Source: Heteronotia binoei (taxonomy: Eukaryota). From it: a DNA stretch of 64,000 bases. The position numbers and the translations under genes were made by a program. The notes under the pieces were generated by a model. It worked only from the letters and a program-made list of their open reading frames with translations, made no database searches and was not told where the DNA came from. The DNA lies in assembly GCF_032191835.1 (NCBI RefSeq), contig NC_083223.1, positions 100,192,001-100,256,000 on the forward strand, read 5' to 3'. Within the stretch, counting starts at the first letter, position 1. Each line of letters opens with the position of its first letter. Positions 23,631 through 33,471 of the stretch are shown here, piece by piece.

Positions 23631-26600
23631 ATGGAGTCCAGTGTTCATATCTCTGGCTTCTTGATAAAGAGGCTTAATGGAGAGAATTTTGGGACATGGT
23701 CAGAGAAGGTCACCCTATTGTTAAAGTTCCAGGGGCTGTGGGAATACGTGCCAACTCCGCCAGACATAACCACGCTACATGCAGAGGATGATGCTGAGGT
23801 GATAGCAAAGCATAAGAGTAATGACGAGAAGGCGTTCGCATTACTTGGCTTGACCTTGGAAGATTCACAACTCATCCATATTAAAGGGGCGGACACAGCC
23901 AAGTCGTGCTGGGATGCACTAAAGGCAATATATGAGAGAGAAAGTGTTGGGTCACACATATTCTTAATGAAAAAGCTCTTATCCACACGTCTGGAGGCAG
24001 GTGGTGATATGATGACTCATCTTGAGCACATGACTCGTATGTTACACCAGCTGCAGGACAAAAAGGTAATTTTTACTCCCCTGCAGCAAGCCTACATAAT
24101 CCTATGTTCCCTGGACAGTACGTATGATCAATTTGTGGCCAACCTTGATATTGTTCCACAAGCTGAAATCACCGTGTCCAGCGTTACCCAACGCCTGTTG
24201 AATGAGGCTATGAGAAGGAAGGATGCAGCTCGATTCCATGAGGCTCCAGCCCATTCAACAATGAATGTGCCTGCCCGGGAGGTCTTTAAAGGGGCAGAGT
24301 GCAAGGCAGTAGTAGCAAAAACAAGTGCTGTGCGCAAGTGTTACTTGTGTGGAAGTCACAAGCACCTACAGCGTCAGTGTTGTTTGTACAAGAAGAAACA
24401 TTCTCCAGCTGTTACCAAAGGAGGTGGGTGCAATGTAATCATTAATGATTCCTCCTGCAGTAGCCAGCAATTTATGATTGACAGTGGTGCTACGGAGCAC
24501 ATTGCCAAGGACAGGAGGCTCTTTGAGACTTTTACTCCTACGCAAGGTCAGAGCATGAAGCTCGCAAACGGGCTGTCTGCCAATGTAGCTGGGAATGGTC
24601 TTATCAACATCCCGAGCCTGGGGAGAAAGTTCCTTATGCTCAATGTTCCAAGTCTGAATTATAATTTGTTATCAGTTTCGGCTTTGACTGAACAAAATTA
24701 TAAAGTTTGTTTTACAGCTACTGACTGCAATATATGTACAGAAGGAATTACTGCTAAAGCAAAAAGGAAAGGCGACCTCTATTTCCTGGAGAAGGAGGGA
24801 ACGGTACAGCATGTGAGTACTAATGAACCACTGCATGATAATTGCATATATCTCTGGCACCGCAGGCTGGGGCACCTTAATTTCCAGGCAGTGAAGAAGA
24901 CGCTTCAAGCGGCCGGAATTACTCCCAAGCCATGTGGGTGTTACATTGACTGTGAGGTATGCAAGGCTGTTAAGTCCAAAGCAACAGCCATGATATCTCC
25001 AAGCAACTTTCAGACCGATGACATACTTGATTTAGTGTTCATCGACCTGATAGGCCCGTTCCCAACGAGGAGTCTGGGCGGGGCAAAATATGCATTTTGT
25101 ATCGAAGACCATTTTTCTAGGTATGGTTTCTGCTTCCTTCTTAGGTCTAAGTCAGAAACATTCCATGCATTTCATAATTGGCTTCGCTCTGTGCACCGCA
25201 AGACAGGGAAATACCCTAAAACCATTCTGAGTGACAACGGTACTGAATTCTGCAACGAGAGAATGATTGCTTTGTGCAGGAGGCACGGCATTGAAAGAAA
25301 ATGTACAGCTCCTTACCGCCCCCAGCATAACGCTTTTTGCGAACGCAGAAACCAAACGCTAACCAATATGTGTATGAGCATGCTACAAGACAGCAATTTA
25401 CCTATGTGTTACTGGGGGGAGAGCATAATGTGTGCTTCTCATGTATTAAATTTGTCTTGGTCGTCAGCTACAGGTATGATTCCTGCAGAGGCATGGTACG
25501 GCAAGAAACCTTCCTTAGAGCACGTCAGGATATTTGGGATTCCAGCGTACGTCCACATCCCAAAGGAGCTCAGGAGGAAAGGGAAAAACAAAGCTAAAAA
25601 ATTGTTGTTTGTTGGTTATTCTAACAATCATCGAGCTTTCAGGTTTTGCCATGCTGGAGAGAAAAAGATAACGACTAGCGCATTGGCTAGCTTTCTTGAA
25701 AAATCTGTTGGCTGGCAACAAACGTCCTCAACTCTGATCATTCCGACAGTAGTGAAACAAGAGCCGCTACCCGTTCCTCGGAGGGGGAGGAGGAGCCCGT
25801 CGCTCAGCAACGGAGGCATCAAGGAAGAACCGTTAACTCCTACATTCCCAGGAGCTGGTGTTTCTCTGCAGCCTGAGATGGCAACACAACAGACAGTGTC
25901 TGATGAAGCTGTAGAACCAATTCTTCGGAGGTCCACTCGAGAAACGAGGCCACCAGATCGCTACAGCCCAGGACAGACATGCGCTGTGGTTGCTGAACCC
26001 TCGAGTTATGAGAGTATACAGCATCTATCAACAGATGAGCAGGCTGGATGGCGCGCTGCAATGAAGTCTGAGCTAGAGTCCCTGCAAAGCCAGCAAGTCT
26101 ATGAAGAAACGACTCTACCTATCGGTCAGAGACTCATTGGGTGTAAATGGGTGTTTAAGCTGAAGTCTGGCATAGATGGTACTACTCAGTACAAGGCCAG
26201 ACTTGTAGCCCAAGGTTTTTTACAGGGGGGGCAAGACTATGACGAAACCTTTGCCCCTACTCTAAAGGCTACATCACTGTATTGCGCTCTTACTATTGCA
26301 GCCAAACAGAAATGTTTAGTCAGGCATCTTGATGTGAAAACAGCCTACTTGCACGCACCACTGAGGCACTGTATATATATGCAAAAACCACCAGGTGTCT
26401 CAGATGATGATGATAATGCTAATACTTGTTGGTTGCTTAAGAAATCCTTGTATGGATTAAAGCAGTCTGGATTCGAATGGAACCAGCATTTGGTAGATAA
26501 CCTTAAAATGTTGGGTTATAAGCAAGGCGTTGCAGATCCCTGTGTGTTCACGAAGGGAACAGGGGAGCAACGTTCTATCATATTAGTGTTTGTTCATGAT

Positions 26601-27527
26601 CTGGCACTAATATGTAAATCTGCCAAAGTAATGAGTGATACTATTGATGCTCTAAAATCTAAATTTACTGTAAGAGATCTAGGAGAGATCAAGCAATATG
26701 TTGGATTGGAAATTGCAAAAGTAAATGATGGATACAGAGTATCACAGAGGGCAAAAATATCCCATTTGCTAAAACAGTTCAAGATGGAACAATGCAAAGG
26801 GGTACAAAATCCCATGCTACCAGGTAATGAATCTGACTGTGAACAGAGTCCACTGTTCGATCAAGGAATATACCAATCCCTGATTGGAAGTCTGTCATAT
26901 CTCGCAAATTGGTCCAGGCCGGACATAGCCATGGCCACTAACGTTTTGGCTAGAGCTGTTAAAGATCCTAGGCAAAAGCACTGGCTAGCAGCCAAGCATA
27001 TATTAAGATACCTAAAGCAAACCATAGACTTAAGTTTATTCATAACACCTACTGGTGAACTTACTATGTACGCCTATGCAGATGCTAGTTTTGCAAATGA
27101 TCCTAAAACTAGGCAATCTACAACAGGAATGGCTATCTTTCTGGGTGGCACCCTAATTGGGTGGAGATCACTAAAGCAGAAATACGTGTCTCTGTCCACC
27201 TGCGAGGCAGAATACGCAGCATTAAGCGCAGTGTGTACTGAAATCATATGGTTCAAGCAACTGTTAGATTTTGGTATATGTCATATGAATCCCATCATTG
27301 TGAGGGAAGACAATCAGGCAGCTATCCAGTTAGCAACCTCTCATGGAGTCAAGAGTAGATCTAAACATACAGATGTACGCTTTCATAATGTTAAGCAATG
27401 TTTAGAGGACAAACTGATAGTGCTGGAGTACTGTGAAACTAATGCTAATATCGCAGACTTGTTTACCAAGATTCAAACCCATGTAAAGCACAAGGAAAGT
27501 TGTATATCTTTGGGTCTTAGAAAATGA
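23631..27527 (+). CDS. pol: Copia gag-pol polyprotein (1298 aa), uninterrupted; RT motif FVHD
   Basis: CCHC knuckle, DSGAT protease, HHCC and DDE integrase, RT LDVKTAY and LYGLKQSG, RH YADAS/EAEY/DNQAA/ADLFTK. Confidence 0.95.
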   Translation: MESSVHISGFLIKRLNGENFGTWSEKVTLLLKFQGLWEYVPTPPDITTLHAEDDAEVIAKHKSNDEKAFALLGLTLEDSQLIHIKGADTAKSCWDALKAIYERESVGSHIFLMKKLLSTRLEAGGDMMTHLEHMTRMLHQLQDKKVIFTPLQQAYIILCSLDSTYDQFVANLDIVPQAEITVSSVTQRLLNEAMRRKDAARFHEAPAHSTMNVPAREVFKGAECKAVVAKTSAVRKCYLCGSHKHLQRQCCLYKKKHSPAVTKGGGCNVIINDSSCSSQQFMIDSGATEHIAKDRRLFETFTPTQGQSMKLANGLSANVAGNGLINIPSLGRKFLMLNVPSLNYNLLSVSALTEQNYKVCFTATDCNICTEGITAKAKRKGDLYFLEKEGTVQHVSTNEPLHDNCIYLWHRRLGHLNFQAVKKTLQAAGITPKPCGCYIDCEVCKAVKSKATAMISPSNFQTDDILDLVFIDLIGPFPTRSLGGAKYAFCIEDHFSRYGFCFLLRSKSETFHAFHNWLRSVHRKTGKYPKTILSDNGTEFCNERMIALCRRHGIERKCTAPYRPQHNAFCERRNQTLTNMCMSMLQDSNLPMCYWGESIMCASHVLNLSWSSATGMIPAEAWYGKKPSLEHVRIFGIPAYVHIPKELRRKGKNKAKKLLFVGYSNNHRAFRFCHAGEKKITTSALASFLEKSVGWQQTSSTLIIPTVVKQEPLPVPRRGRRSPSLSNGGIKEEPLTPTFPGAGVSLQPEMATQQTVSDEAVEPILRRSTRETRPPDRYSPGQTCAVVAEPSSYESIQHLSTDEQAGWRAAMKSELESLQSQQVYEETTLPIGQRLIGCKWVFKLKSGIDGTTQYKARLVAQGFLQGGQDYDETFAPTLKATSLYCALTIAAKQKCLVRHLDVKTAYLHAPLRHCIYMQKPPGVSDDDDNANTCWLLKKSLYGLKQSGFEWNQHLVDNLKMLGYKQGVADPCVFTKGTGEQRSIILVFVHDLALICKSAKVMSDTIDALKSKFTVRDLGEIKQYVGLEIAKVNDGYRVSQRAKISHLLKQFKMEQCKGVQNPMLPGNESDCEQSPLFDQGIYQSLIGSLSYLANWSRPDIAMATNVLARAVKDPRQKHWLAAKHILRYLKQTIDLSLFITPTGELTMYAYADASFANDPKTRQSTTGMAIFLGGTLIGWRSLKQKYVSLSTCEAEYAALSAVCTEIIWFKQLLDFGICHMNPIIVREDNQAAIQLATSHGVKSRSKHTDVRFHNVKQCLEDKLIVLEYCETNANIADLFTKIQTHVKHKESCISLGLRK

Positions 27528-27605
27528 AACAGTAAAGTCATGCTGTATGAATGTTAAAAATGAAATGTTTTATGGTGACAAAATGTATAGTCCATGTCGT
27601 TACAC

Positions 27606-27615
27606 AAGGGGAGGA
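27606..27615 (+). other. Copia polypurine tract
   Basis: AAGGGGAGGA abuts the 3' LTR TG at 27616. Confidence 0.85.
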
Positions 27616-27735
27616 TGTTAGCATCAGGCACTTTAAGATGAAAACTGCTGATGCAACAGTATGTAACTCCAACTATACTAGCTAATGAGAGGCATGTGAA
27701 GCTAGTTAAGTGGGGTGTAACATGATTGGGGGTGT

Positions 27736-27944
27736 GGGGGGTGTGGGCTCCCTCTGGGAATCCTACCCCCCCAGGGAAAGTGCATGCGCAATACATAGCC
27801 TCTCCTCTCCCGGTGTAGTGAACGCCGCGTGGTCACTGTCTGGCTATGCCTGGCAGATGGTCACTGCAATGGCCTCTCCTGCATTACTGCATCCGTAGCA
27901 ACACCTTCTCGCTGGTCCCCCCCGTTTTCACAGAGTTTGCTACG
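27736..27944 (+). ncRNA. Candidate HDV/CPEB3-like self-cleaving ribozyme at the RTE 5' end
   Basis: P1 G6 (27736-41) with C7 (27917-23). P2 CGTAGCAAC with GTTTGCTACG. P3 ACC/GGT. L3 TTCTCGCT. J4/2 CAGA. Built by hand, not folded computationally. Confidence 0.65.
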
Positions 27945-28116
27945 TCATGGTGCGACCGAATTGTCCGGCGGTATAACCGGATGGGCAGGCTGGGCCCACC
28001 AACTTCGTCAGCCTAAGAGAAGGAAAACTCTAACATCAAACCCGGGCAGATAGAGCTCGTTAATGTAACACCTACCACCTGGAGGACTCACTGCCGGCGT
28101 CCCGGCTTACTGGGCC

Positions 28117-28440
28117 ATGGCAGATGACCCCCAGGTGAAAGGGTGGAGCCAGTACCGCGCACACTGCGCATCACCTAAAAAATTCCTCTGCGCAGGCCTG
28201 AAGGGCATATCCACACACACAACCCACAACGCATCAAGTCCTGCAGCGATAGGCAAGGGGCGAAACGGCAGGTGGAAGGTGCCACTGGAAGCCGCAGTCC
28301 CGATCCTGCATGTAGGCGGTTCAGGATATTGGTCGCCTGATGCTAACCCGGAGACGAAAGCATCTTTCGGCAGCACCCTGAACGACCAAGCAGCCTTATC
28401 TAGGGACAGCACTGCTTGCTCCACACGGAGAGGGGCCTAG
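28117..28440 (+). CDS. RTE short upstream ORF (107 aa), function unknown
   Basis: ATG-initiated ORF in the 5' region. Beyond its TAG the frame stays open to 28527 and overlaps the ORF2 frame. Confidence 0.35.
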   Translation: MADDPQVKGWSQYRAHCASPKKFLCAGLKGISTHTTHNASSPAAIGKGRNGRWKVPLEAAVPILHVGGSGYWSPDANPETKASFGSTLNDQAALSRDSTACSTRRGA

Positions 28441-28487
28441 AAAAGGTGGCCTAAACAAAGCTCGTCTCCCCCACCCCAGTTGGCTAG

Positions 28488-31400
28488 CCGCGGTCAACGG
28501 GCATCCTTACTTGCGGTCGAAAAATAACAACAAAGAAAAGGCATGCACCTGCCTCACAAAGTGTGCAAAGACTAAAGCTTGCGTGTTGGAACATCAGAAC
28601 CATGCTTGACACAGTAGACAGTGGTCGCCCTGAACGACGCTCTGCTCTAGTTGCCCATGAACTTCTCAGGTTGAATATCGACATAGCAGCTCTCAGTGAG
28701 GTCCGTTTCCCTGAGGAAGGTAGTCTTCAAGAACACGGTGCTGGCTATACCCTCTACTGGTCGGGTAAGTCAAAGGCTGAGAGCCGCCTTTCTGGCATTG
28801 GCTTCATGGTCAGGAACTCCATTGCCTCCAAACTCGAAAACCTTCCAACAGGTCACTCAGATCGCATCATGTCCATGCGCCTCCCACTTCAAAACAAGCA
28901 GCATGCAACACTCTTCAGTGTGTATGCCCCAACCCTTCAAGCAGATCCTGCAGAAAAGAACAAGTTCTATGCTGATCTACGCAACCTCGTACGGAAGACC
29001 CCTACAGAGGACAAGGTGATCATCCTTGGCGACTTCAATGCCAGAGTAGGTAAAGACTCGGAAGCCTGGAAAGGAGTACTTGGCAAACACGGCATTGGCA
29101 ACTGCAATGACAACGGGCGCCTCCTGCTAGAATTCTGCATGGAGCACCAGCTCACCATCACCAACACTATCTTCCAGCAGAAGAACAGACTGAAGACAAC
29201 CCGGATGCACCCACGGTCCAAGCATTGGCACCTTATCGACTACATTCTGGTGCGCCAGAGAGACCTTCGAGATGTCTTACACACCCGAGTAATGCCCAGC
29301 GCAGAATGTCATACGGATCATCGTCTTGTACGCTGCAATCTCCGTCTTCACTTTAAACCCACACCCAGGAGAGGAGGTATCCCTCGGAGGAAGTTTCAGG
29401 TTGGCAGCCTCCAGTCAGCCGAAGTTAAAGCTGCCTTCCAGGCAAAACTCCAGTCAAGAATTGAGGACCTCAGTTGCCCCACAGACCCTTCTCCAGAAGC
29501 ACTCTGGGAACACCTAAAAACTACCGTCCTGCAGATCTCTGAAGAAGTCCTCGGGTTCTCCACAAGGAAGAACAAGGACTGGTTTGATGAGAACAATCAA
29601 GAGATCCAAGAATTACTGGCGAAAAAGAGATCTGCCTACCAAGCACATCTTGCTCAGCCCTCCTGTCCTGGGAAAAAAGCAACCTTTCGCGCTGCATGTA
29701 GCAACCTCCAGCGCAAGCTTCGAGACATTCAGAACGAGTGGTGGACCAAGCTTGCAGAGAGAACCCAGCTGTGTGCAGACACTGGTGATTTAAGAGGGTT
29801 CTACGAAGCCCTGAAGGCAGTATATGGTCCATCATATCAGGCTCAGAGTCCCTTGCATAGTGCAGACGGCCAAGTGCTCCTCACAGACAAGGCATCCATA
29901 CTGAACCGGTGGTCGGAGTATTTTCAGGTTCTCTTCAGTGCCAACCGCGTAGTTCAAGATTCAGCAATCCACCTCACCCCACTTCAACCGGTGAAAACAG
30001 AGTTGGATGAGATCCCCACCCTAGAAGAGACTGTTAAAGCCATCAAGCAACTGAAAAGTGGCAAGGCAGCAGGAGTTGATGGAATTCCACCAGAGATCTG
30101 GAAGCATGGGGGCACAGTACTACATAGCTCACTTCACAAAGTACTTGTCACCTGCTGGGAACAAGGCAAATTACCACAGGACTTTCGCGATGCAATCATC
30201 ATCACCCTATACAAGAACAAAGGGGAAAAGTCAGACTGCTCCAACTACCGGGGGATAACCCTGCTCTCCATCGCAGGCAAAATCCTTGCCAGAATACTCC
30301 TGAACAGACTGGTGCCCACCATTGCAGAAGAACTCCTCCCAGAGAGCCAGTGCGGCTTCAGAGCTAACAGGAGCACCACCGACATGGTATTTGTTCTCAG
30401 GCAGCTCCAAGAGAAATGCAGGGAACAGAACAAGGGTCTGTATGTGACTTTTGTCGACCTTACCAAAGCTTTCGATACCGTTAGCAGGAAAGGCCTGTGG
30501 CAAATCTTGGAACGTTTAGGATGTCCCCCAAGGTTCCTCAGCATGATCATCCAGCTACACGAAGACCAGCGAGGCCAAGTCAGACACTGCAACGACCTCT
30601 CGGAGTCCTTCCCAATAGGCACAGGTGTAAAGCACGGCTGCGTTCTCGCGCCAACTCTCTTTACGATCTTCTTTAGCATGATGCTTCAAAGAGCCGCAGT
30701 AGATCTAGATGAGGACGATGGTGTCTACATCCGCTATCGCACCGATGGCAGCCTGTTCAACCTGAGGCGACTAAAGGCACACTCCAAGACAATGGAAAAA
30801 CTCATCCGAGAGCTACTGTTTGCTGATGATGCTGCACTCGTCTCCCACTCGGTATCAGCTCTGCAGCATATGACGTCCTGCTTTGCAGAGGCTGCCAAGC
30901 TATTCGGCCTAGAAGTTAGTCTGAAGAAGACAGAAGTTCTCCACCAGCCTGCACCCCAGGAAGATTATCACCCTCCCTGCATCACTGTGGGTGAATCAGT
31001 TCTGAAGACAGTCCAGCAGTTCAGCTACCTGGGGTGCATCATCTCCTCAGATGCCAAGATCGACAAGGAGATTGACAACAGGCTGGCAAAGGCAAACCGT
31101 GCATTTGGCCGACTGCACAAAAGAGTGTGGAGCAACAAGCATCTGAAAAAAGGCACAAAGATCAATGTTTACAAAGCGGTTGTGATGACAACCCTCATCT
31201 ATGGCTCCGAATCGTGGGTTTTATACCGTCATCACCTGCGACTCCTTGAGCGCTTTCATCAGCGCTGCCTTCGCACCATCCTCAACATCCACTGGAGTGA
31301 CTTTGTGACCAACACTGAAGTCCTCAAGCGGGCAGAGGTTACCAGCATCGAGGCACTGCTTTTGAAGACGCAGCTGCGCTGGGCAGGGCATATTTCTAGG

Positions 31401-31787
31401 ATGGAAAACCACCGCCTTCCCAAGATTGCCCTGTATGGCGAACTCTCCACCGGCCATCGAAATAGAGGGGCACCAAAGAAGAGGTACAAGGACTCCTTGA
31501 AGAAATCCCTTAGCACCTGTCACATCAACCATCACCAGTGGTCTGACCTAGCCTCAGATCGCAAAGCATGGAGGCACACCATCCACCAGGCTGTCTCTTC
31601 CTTTGAGAACACATGCATAGCTGGTCTTGAGGACAAAAGGAGATTGAGGAAGAATCGCACTGCTACAGGACCAACCCTAAATCAGACTTTTCCCTGCAGC
31701 CGCTGTGGCCGGACCTGCCTGTCCCACATTGGTCTTGTCAGCCACCAGCGAGCCTGCAGCAAACGTGGACTATTGCACCCTTCTTAA
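28488..31787 (+). CDS. RTE ORF2: APE endonuclease, RT and C-terminal CxxC..HxxxC motif; intact, no AUG before APE motif I
   Basis: WNIRT, LSEVR, VYAPT, LGDFNAR, TDH. RT NYRGITLL, DLTKAFD, FADD. C-terminal CSRCGRTCLSHIGLVSHQRAC. The frame opens after the TAG at 28485-28487; the track start at 28563 is GTG. Confidence 0.93.
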   Translation, partial: PRSTGILTCGRKITTKKRHAPASQSVQRLKLACWNIRTMLDTVDSGRPERRSALVAHELLRLNIDIAALSEVRFPEEGSLQEHGAGYTLYWSGKSKAESRLSGIGFMVRNSIASKLENLPTGHSDRIMSMRLPLQNKQHATLFSVYAPTLQADPAEKNKFYADLRNLVRKTPTEDKVIILGDFNARVGKDSEAWKGVLGKHGIGNCNDNGRLLLEFCMEHQLTITNTIFQQKNRLKTTRMHPRSKHWHLIDYILVRQRDLRDVLHTRVMPSAECHTDHRLVRCNLRLHFKPTPRRGGIPRRKFQVGSLQSAEVKAAFQAKLQSRIEDLSCPTDPSPEALWEHLKTTVLQISEEVLGFSTRKNKDWFDENNQEIQELLAKKRSAYQAHLAQPSCPGKKATFRAACSNLQRKLRDIQNEWWTKLAERTQLCADTGDLRGFYEALKAVYGPSYQAQSPLHSADGQVLLTDKASILNRWSEYFQVLFSANRVVQDSAIHLTPLQPVKTELDEIPTLEETVKAIKQLKSGKAAGVDGIPPEIWKHGGTVLHSSLHKVLVTCWEQGKLPQDFRDAIIITLYKNKGEKSDCSNYRGITLLSIAGKILARILLNRLVPTIAEELLPESQCGFRANRSTTDMVFVLRQLQEKCREQNKGLYVTFVDLTKAFDTVSRKGLWQILERLGCPPRFLSMIIQLHEDQRGQVRHCNDLSESFPIGTGVKHGCVLAPTLFTIFFSMMLQRAAVDLDEDDGVYIRYRTDGSLFNLRRLKAHSKTMEKLIRELLFADDAALVSHSVSALQHMTSCFAEAAKLFGLEVSLKKTEVLHQPAPQEDYHPPCITVGESVLKTVQQFSYLGCIISSDAKIDKEIDNRLAKANRAFGRLHKRVWSNKHLKKGTKINVYKAVVMTTLIYGSESWVLYRHHLRLLERFHQRCLRTILNIHWSDFVTNTEVLKRAEVTSIEALLLKTQLRWAGHISRMENHRLPKIALYGELSTGHRNRGAPKKRYKDSLKKSLSTCHINHHQWSDLASDRKAWRHTIHQAVSSFENTCIAGLEDKRRLRKNRTATGPTLNQTFPCSRCGRTCLSHIGLVSHQRACSKRGLLHPS

Positions 31788-32471
31788 ATCTTCGTTCGCG
31801 AAGCCAAGCCGAGAGAGAGAACATGATTGGCCAGCTGCACCATAAGAACAAGGAACCTAACTCTTAGTCTTTGTTGGGTTGATGAGGAGGAAGGACGTGT
31901 TGGAGAAGTGGAGAGCTATTGTTATCAGAGACTGTTACTCTGTCCGTTTGACTGATGATGGTAATGACCCTGGTATGTGTAGACTATTCTCTGGATTTGT
32001 GACTGTGTACTTCTGACCTGGATGAACTGAACTAACTGTGCTTTGACTATCTTGGACTGCCTTTAACTACTCTTTTGCTGTAACCCCAATACAACTGTTT
32101 CAACCGGCTTACTGAAGTTGTGTCTTTGTAGACTTTCACTAGAGGCTGCACTTATCAGCATACTCATACTGCAGAACTCCCACGCACTACTGACAGATGG
32201 AGAACATGATTCGGCTAAGAGGAGTGCCTGAGAATGAACAAGAGGATGTGAAGAGTCATATTGTCACAATTATAGCTGAATTTTTGGAAGAAGATCCGGA
32301 GGAGATGGAGCGTTTATGCGACTATGCATATAGAGTCAATTCAGAATTTGCCAGAAAGCGCAAACTACGCAGGGGTGTAGTAGTGAAGTTTACCAGGAGA
32401 GACATGGTGGGAAGGATCTTAAGCAAGCAATTTGAAACCCCAATGGTGAGGGAGGAAAGCAGAGTACGAAT

Positions 32472-32792
32472 TTTTATTTATTTATTTGGTGACTTCTATC
32501 CCGCCCTTCCCACAAGTGGCTCAGGGCGGCTTACAACGACAATAAAACAATAAAACAGTAAAATCAGAGCAAGTTATTACATTTAAAATCAGACAATTAA
32601 AACCTAAAAACCTTAGAATTATAACATTAAAACTATACAGTATAATCACAGAAATCTGGTAGCTACATTATCTAATCAGGCATAGGCTAACCGGAAGAGG
32701 GTTGTCTTACAGGCCCTGCGGAACTGAGCAAGGTCCCGCAGGGCCCTCACCTCTTCCAGTAGCTGGTTCCACCACATAGGGGCCAATGTGGA
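32472..32792 (-). mobile_element. L2 3' fragment inserted in L1 ORF1
   Basis: (TTTA)n plus ATCCCGCCCTTCCC..CTCAGGGCGGCTTACAAC. The antisense ORF reads ...WWNQLLEEVRALRDL. AAAGG microhomology at the 5' junction; no clear TSD. Confidence 0.8.
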
Positions 32793-32926
32793 AAAGGAGC
32801 TGCCGAGAAAGGTCATTAGTGACAGAAAACAATTTAAGAAATTGACGGACAAGCTAAGAGAGAAGAGCATAAGATATAGATGGATTCTACCAGAAGGTCT
32901 CAGCTTTGAATATAAAAGACTGCGAA

Positions 32927-33084
32927 AACGGAAGATTTGTGTCACTTACCGTGAAGCTTCCTTCTCGGTGGACTGGCAGTGGGTCGGTCCGACTACTGGG
33001 TATAGGCTCCTCCTCCTCTTCACAGGGTCGGGTCTTCCAAACGATCCGGAGGGGGAGTAGCCTATACCTCCCAGCTCCCGCCAG
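32927..33084 (-). repeat. DIRS right ITR (32977-33084) plus 3' terminal extension
   Basis: 32977-33084 is the reverse complement of 38350-38457 with 3 mismatches. Confidence 0.92.
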
Positions 33085-33323
33085 GTGTATCCAAGCTGCA
33101 TCCCCTTAGGAATAAAAAATTTCCACAAACCTCCCCATTCACATACAGAGACAGATGAACAAGGAGAATAGTTTATTACGCTTCAATACACCACACAAAA
33201 TGGGAGATTGAAACAGAACATTGCCAATATAGAAAAGGCCAACATTTTTCAAGAGAGGAACAGAAGAGGCTCCAGGATCCATCTCCAAAACCCAGGAAGC
33301 CGCTCAACCTCTAACGGGCGGGC

Positions 33324-33423
33324 CGGACCGACCCACTGCCAGTCCACCGAGAAGGAAGCTTCACGGTAAGTGACACAAATCTTCCGTTCTCCAGTGCTCT
33401 GGACAGTGGGTCGGTCCGACTAC
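33324..33423 (-). repeat. DIRS internal complementary region (ICR)
   Basis: 33324-33388 is a perfect 65-bp inverted copy of 32927-32991. 33398-33423 is an inverted copy of 38438-38463 with 1 mismatch. Confidence 0.92.
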
Positions 33424-33471
33424 CGGGACGTAACAAAGCTGAACATCCCCGGGCAGGACCGGCTTCCCTGT

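Larger units (their letters stand above)
27730..31819 (+). mobile_element. Full-length RTE-clade LINE (~4.09 kb)
   Basis: 11-bp TSD AACATGATTGG (27719-27729 and 31820-31830), G-rich 5' end, intact APE-RT ORF, 3' hairpin CTTCG-TTCG-CGAAG (31790-31803), (GA)n tail. Confidence 0.95.
23025..32195 (+). mobile_element. Ty1/Copia LTR retrotransposon with an RTE inserted in its 3' LTR
   Basis: 480-bp TG...CA LTRs, TSD GATGG (23020-23024 and 32196-32200), domain order gag-PR-IN-RT-RH. Confidence 0.97.
27616..32195 (+). repeat. Copia 3' LTR, split (27616-27729 and 31831-32195)
   Basis: The two halves rejoin to reproduce the 5' LTR. Confidence 0.95.

Noticed and set aside
27730-31819. Calling the RTE element BovB
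   Set aside because: Its N-terminus (RPERRSALVAHEL), FADD motif and AAGCCAAGCC(GA)n end differ from the BovB-type (CAA)n end seen at 55241, so it was left as RTE clade.
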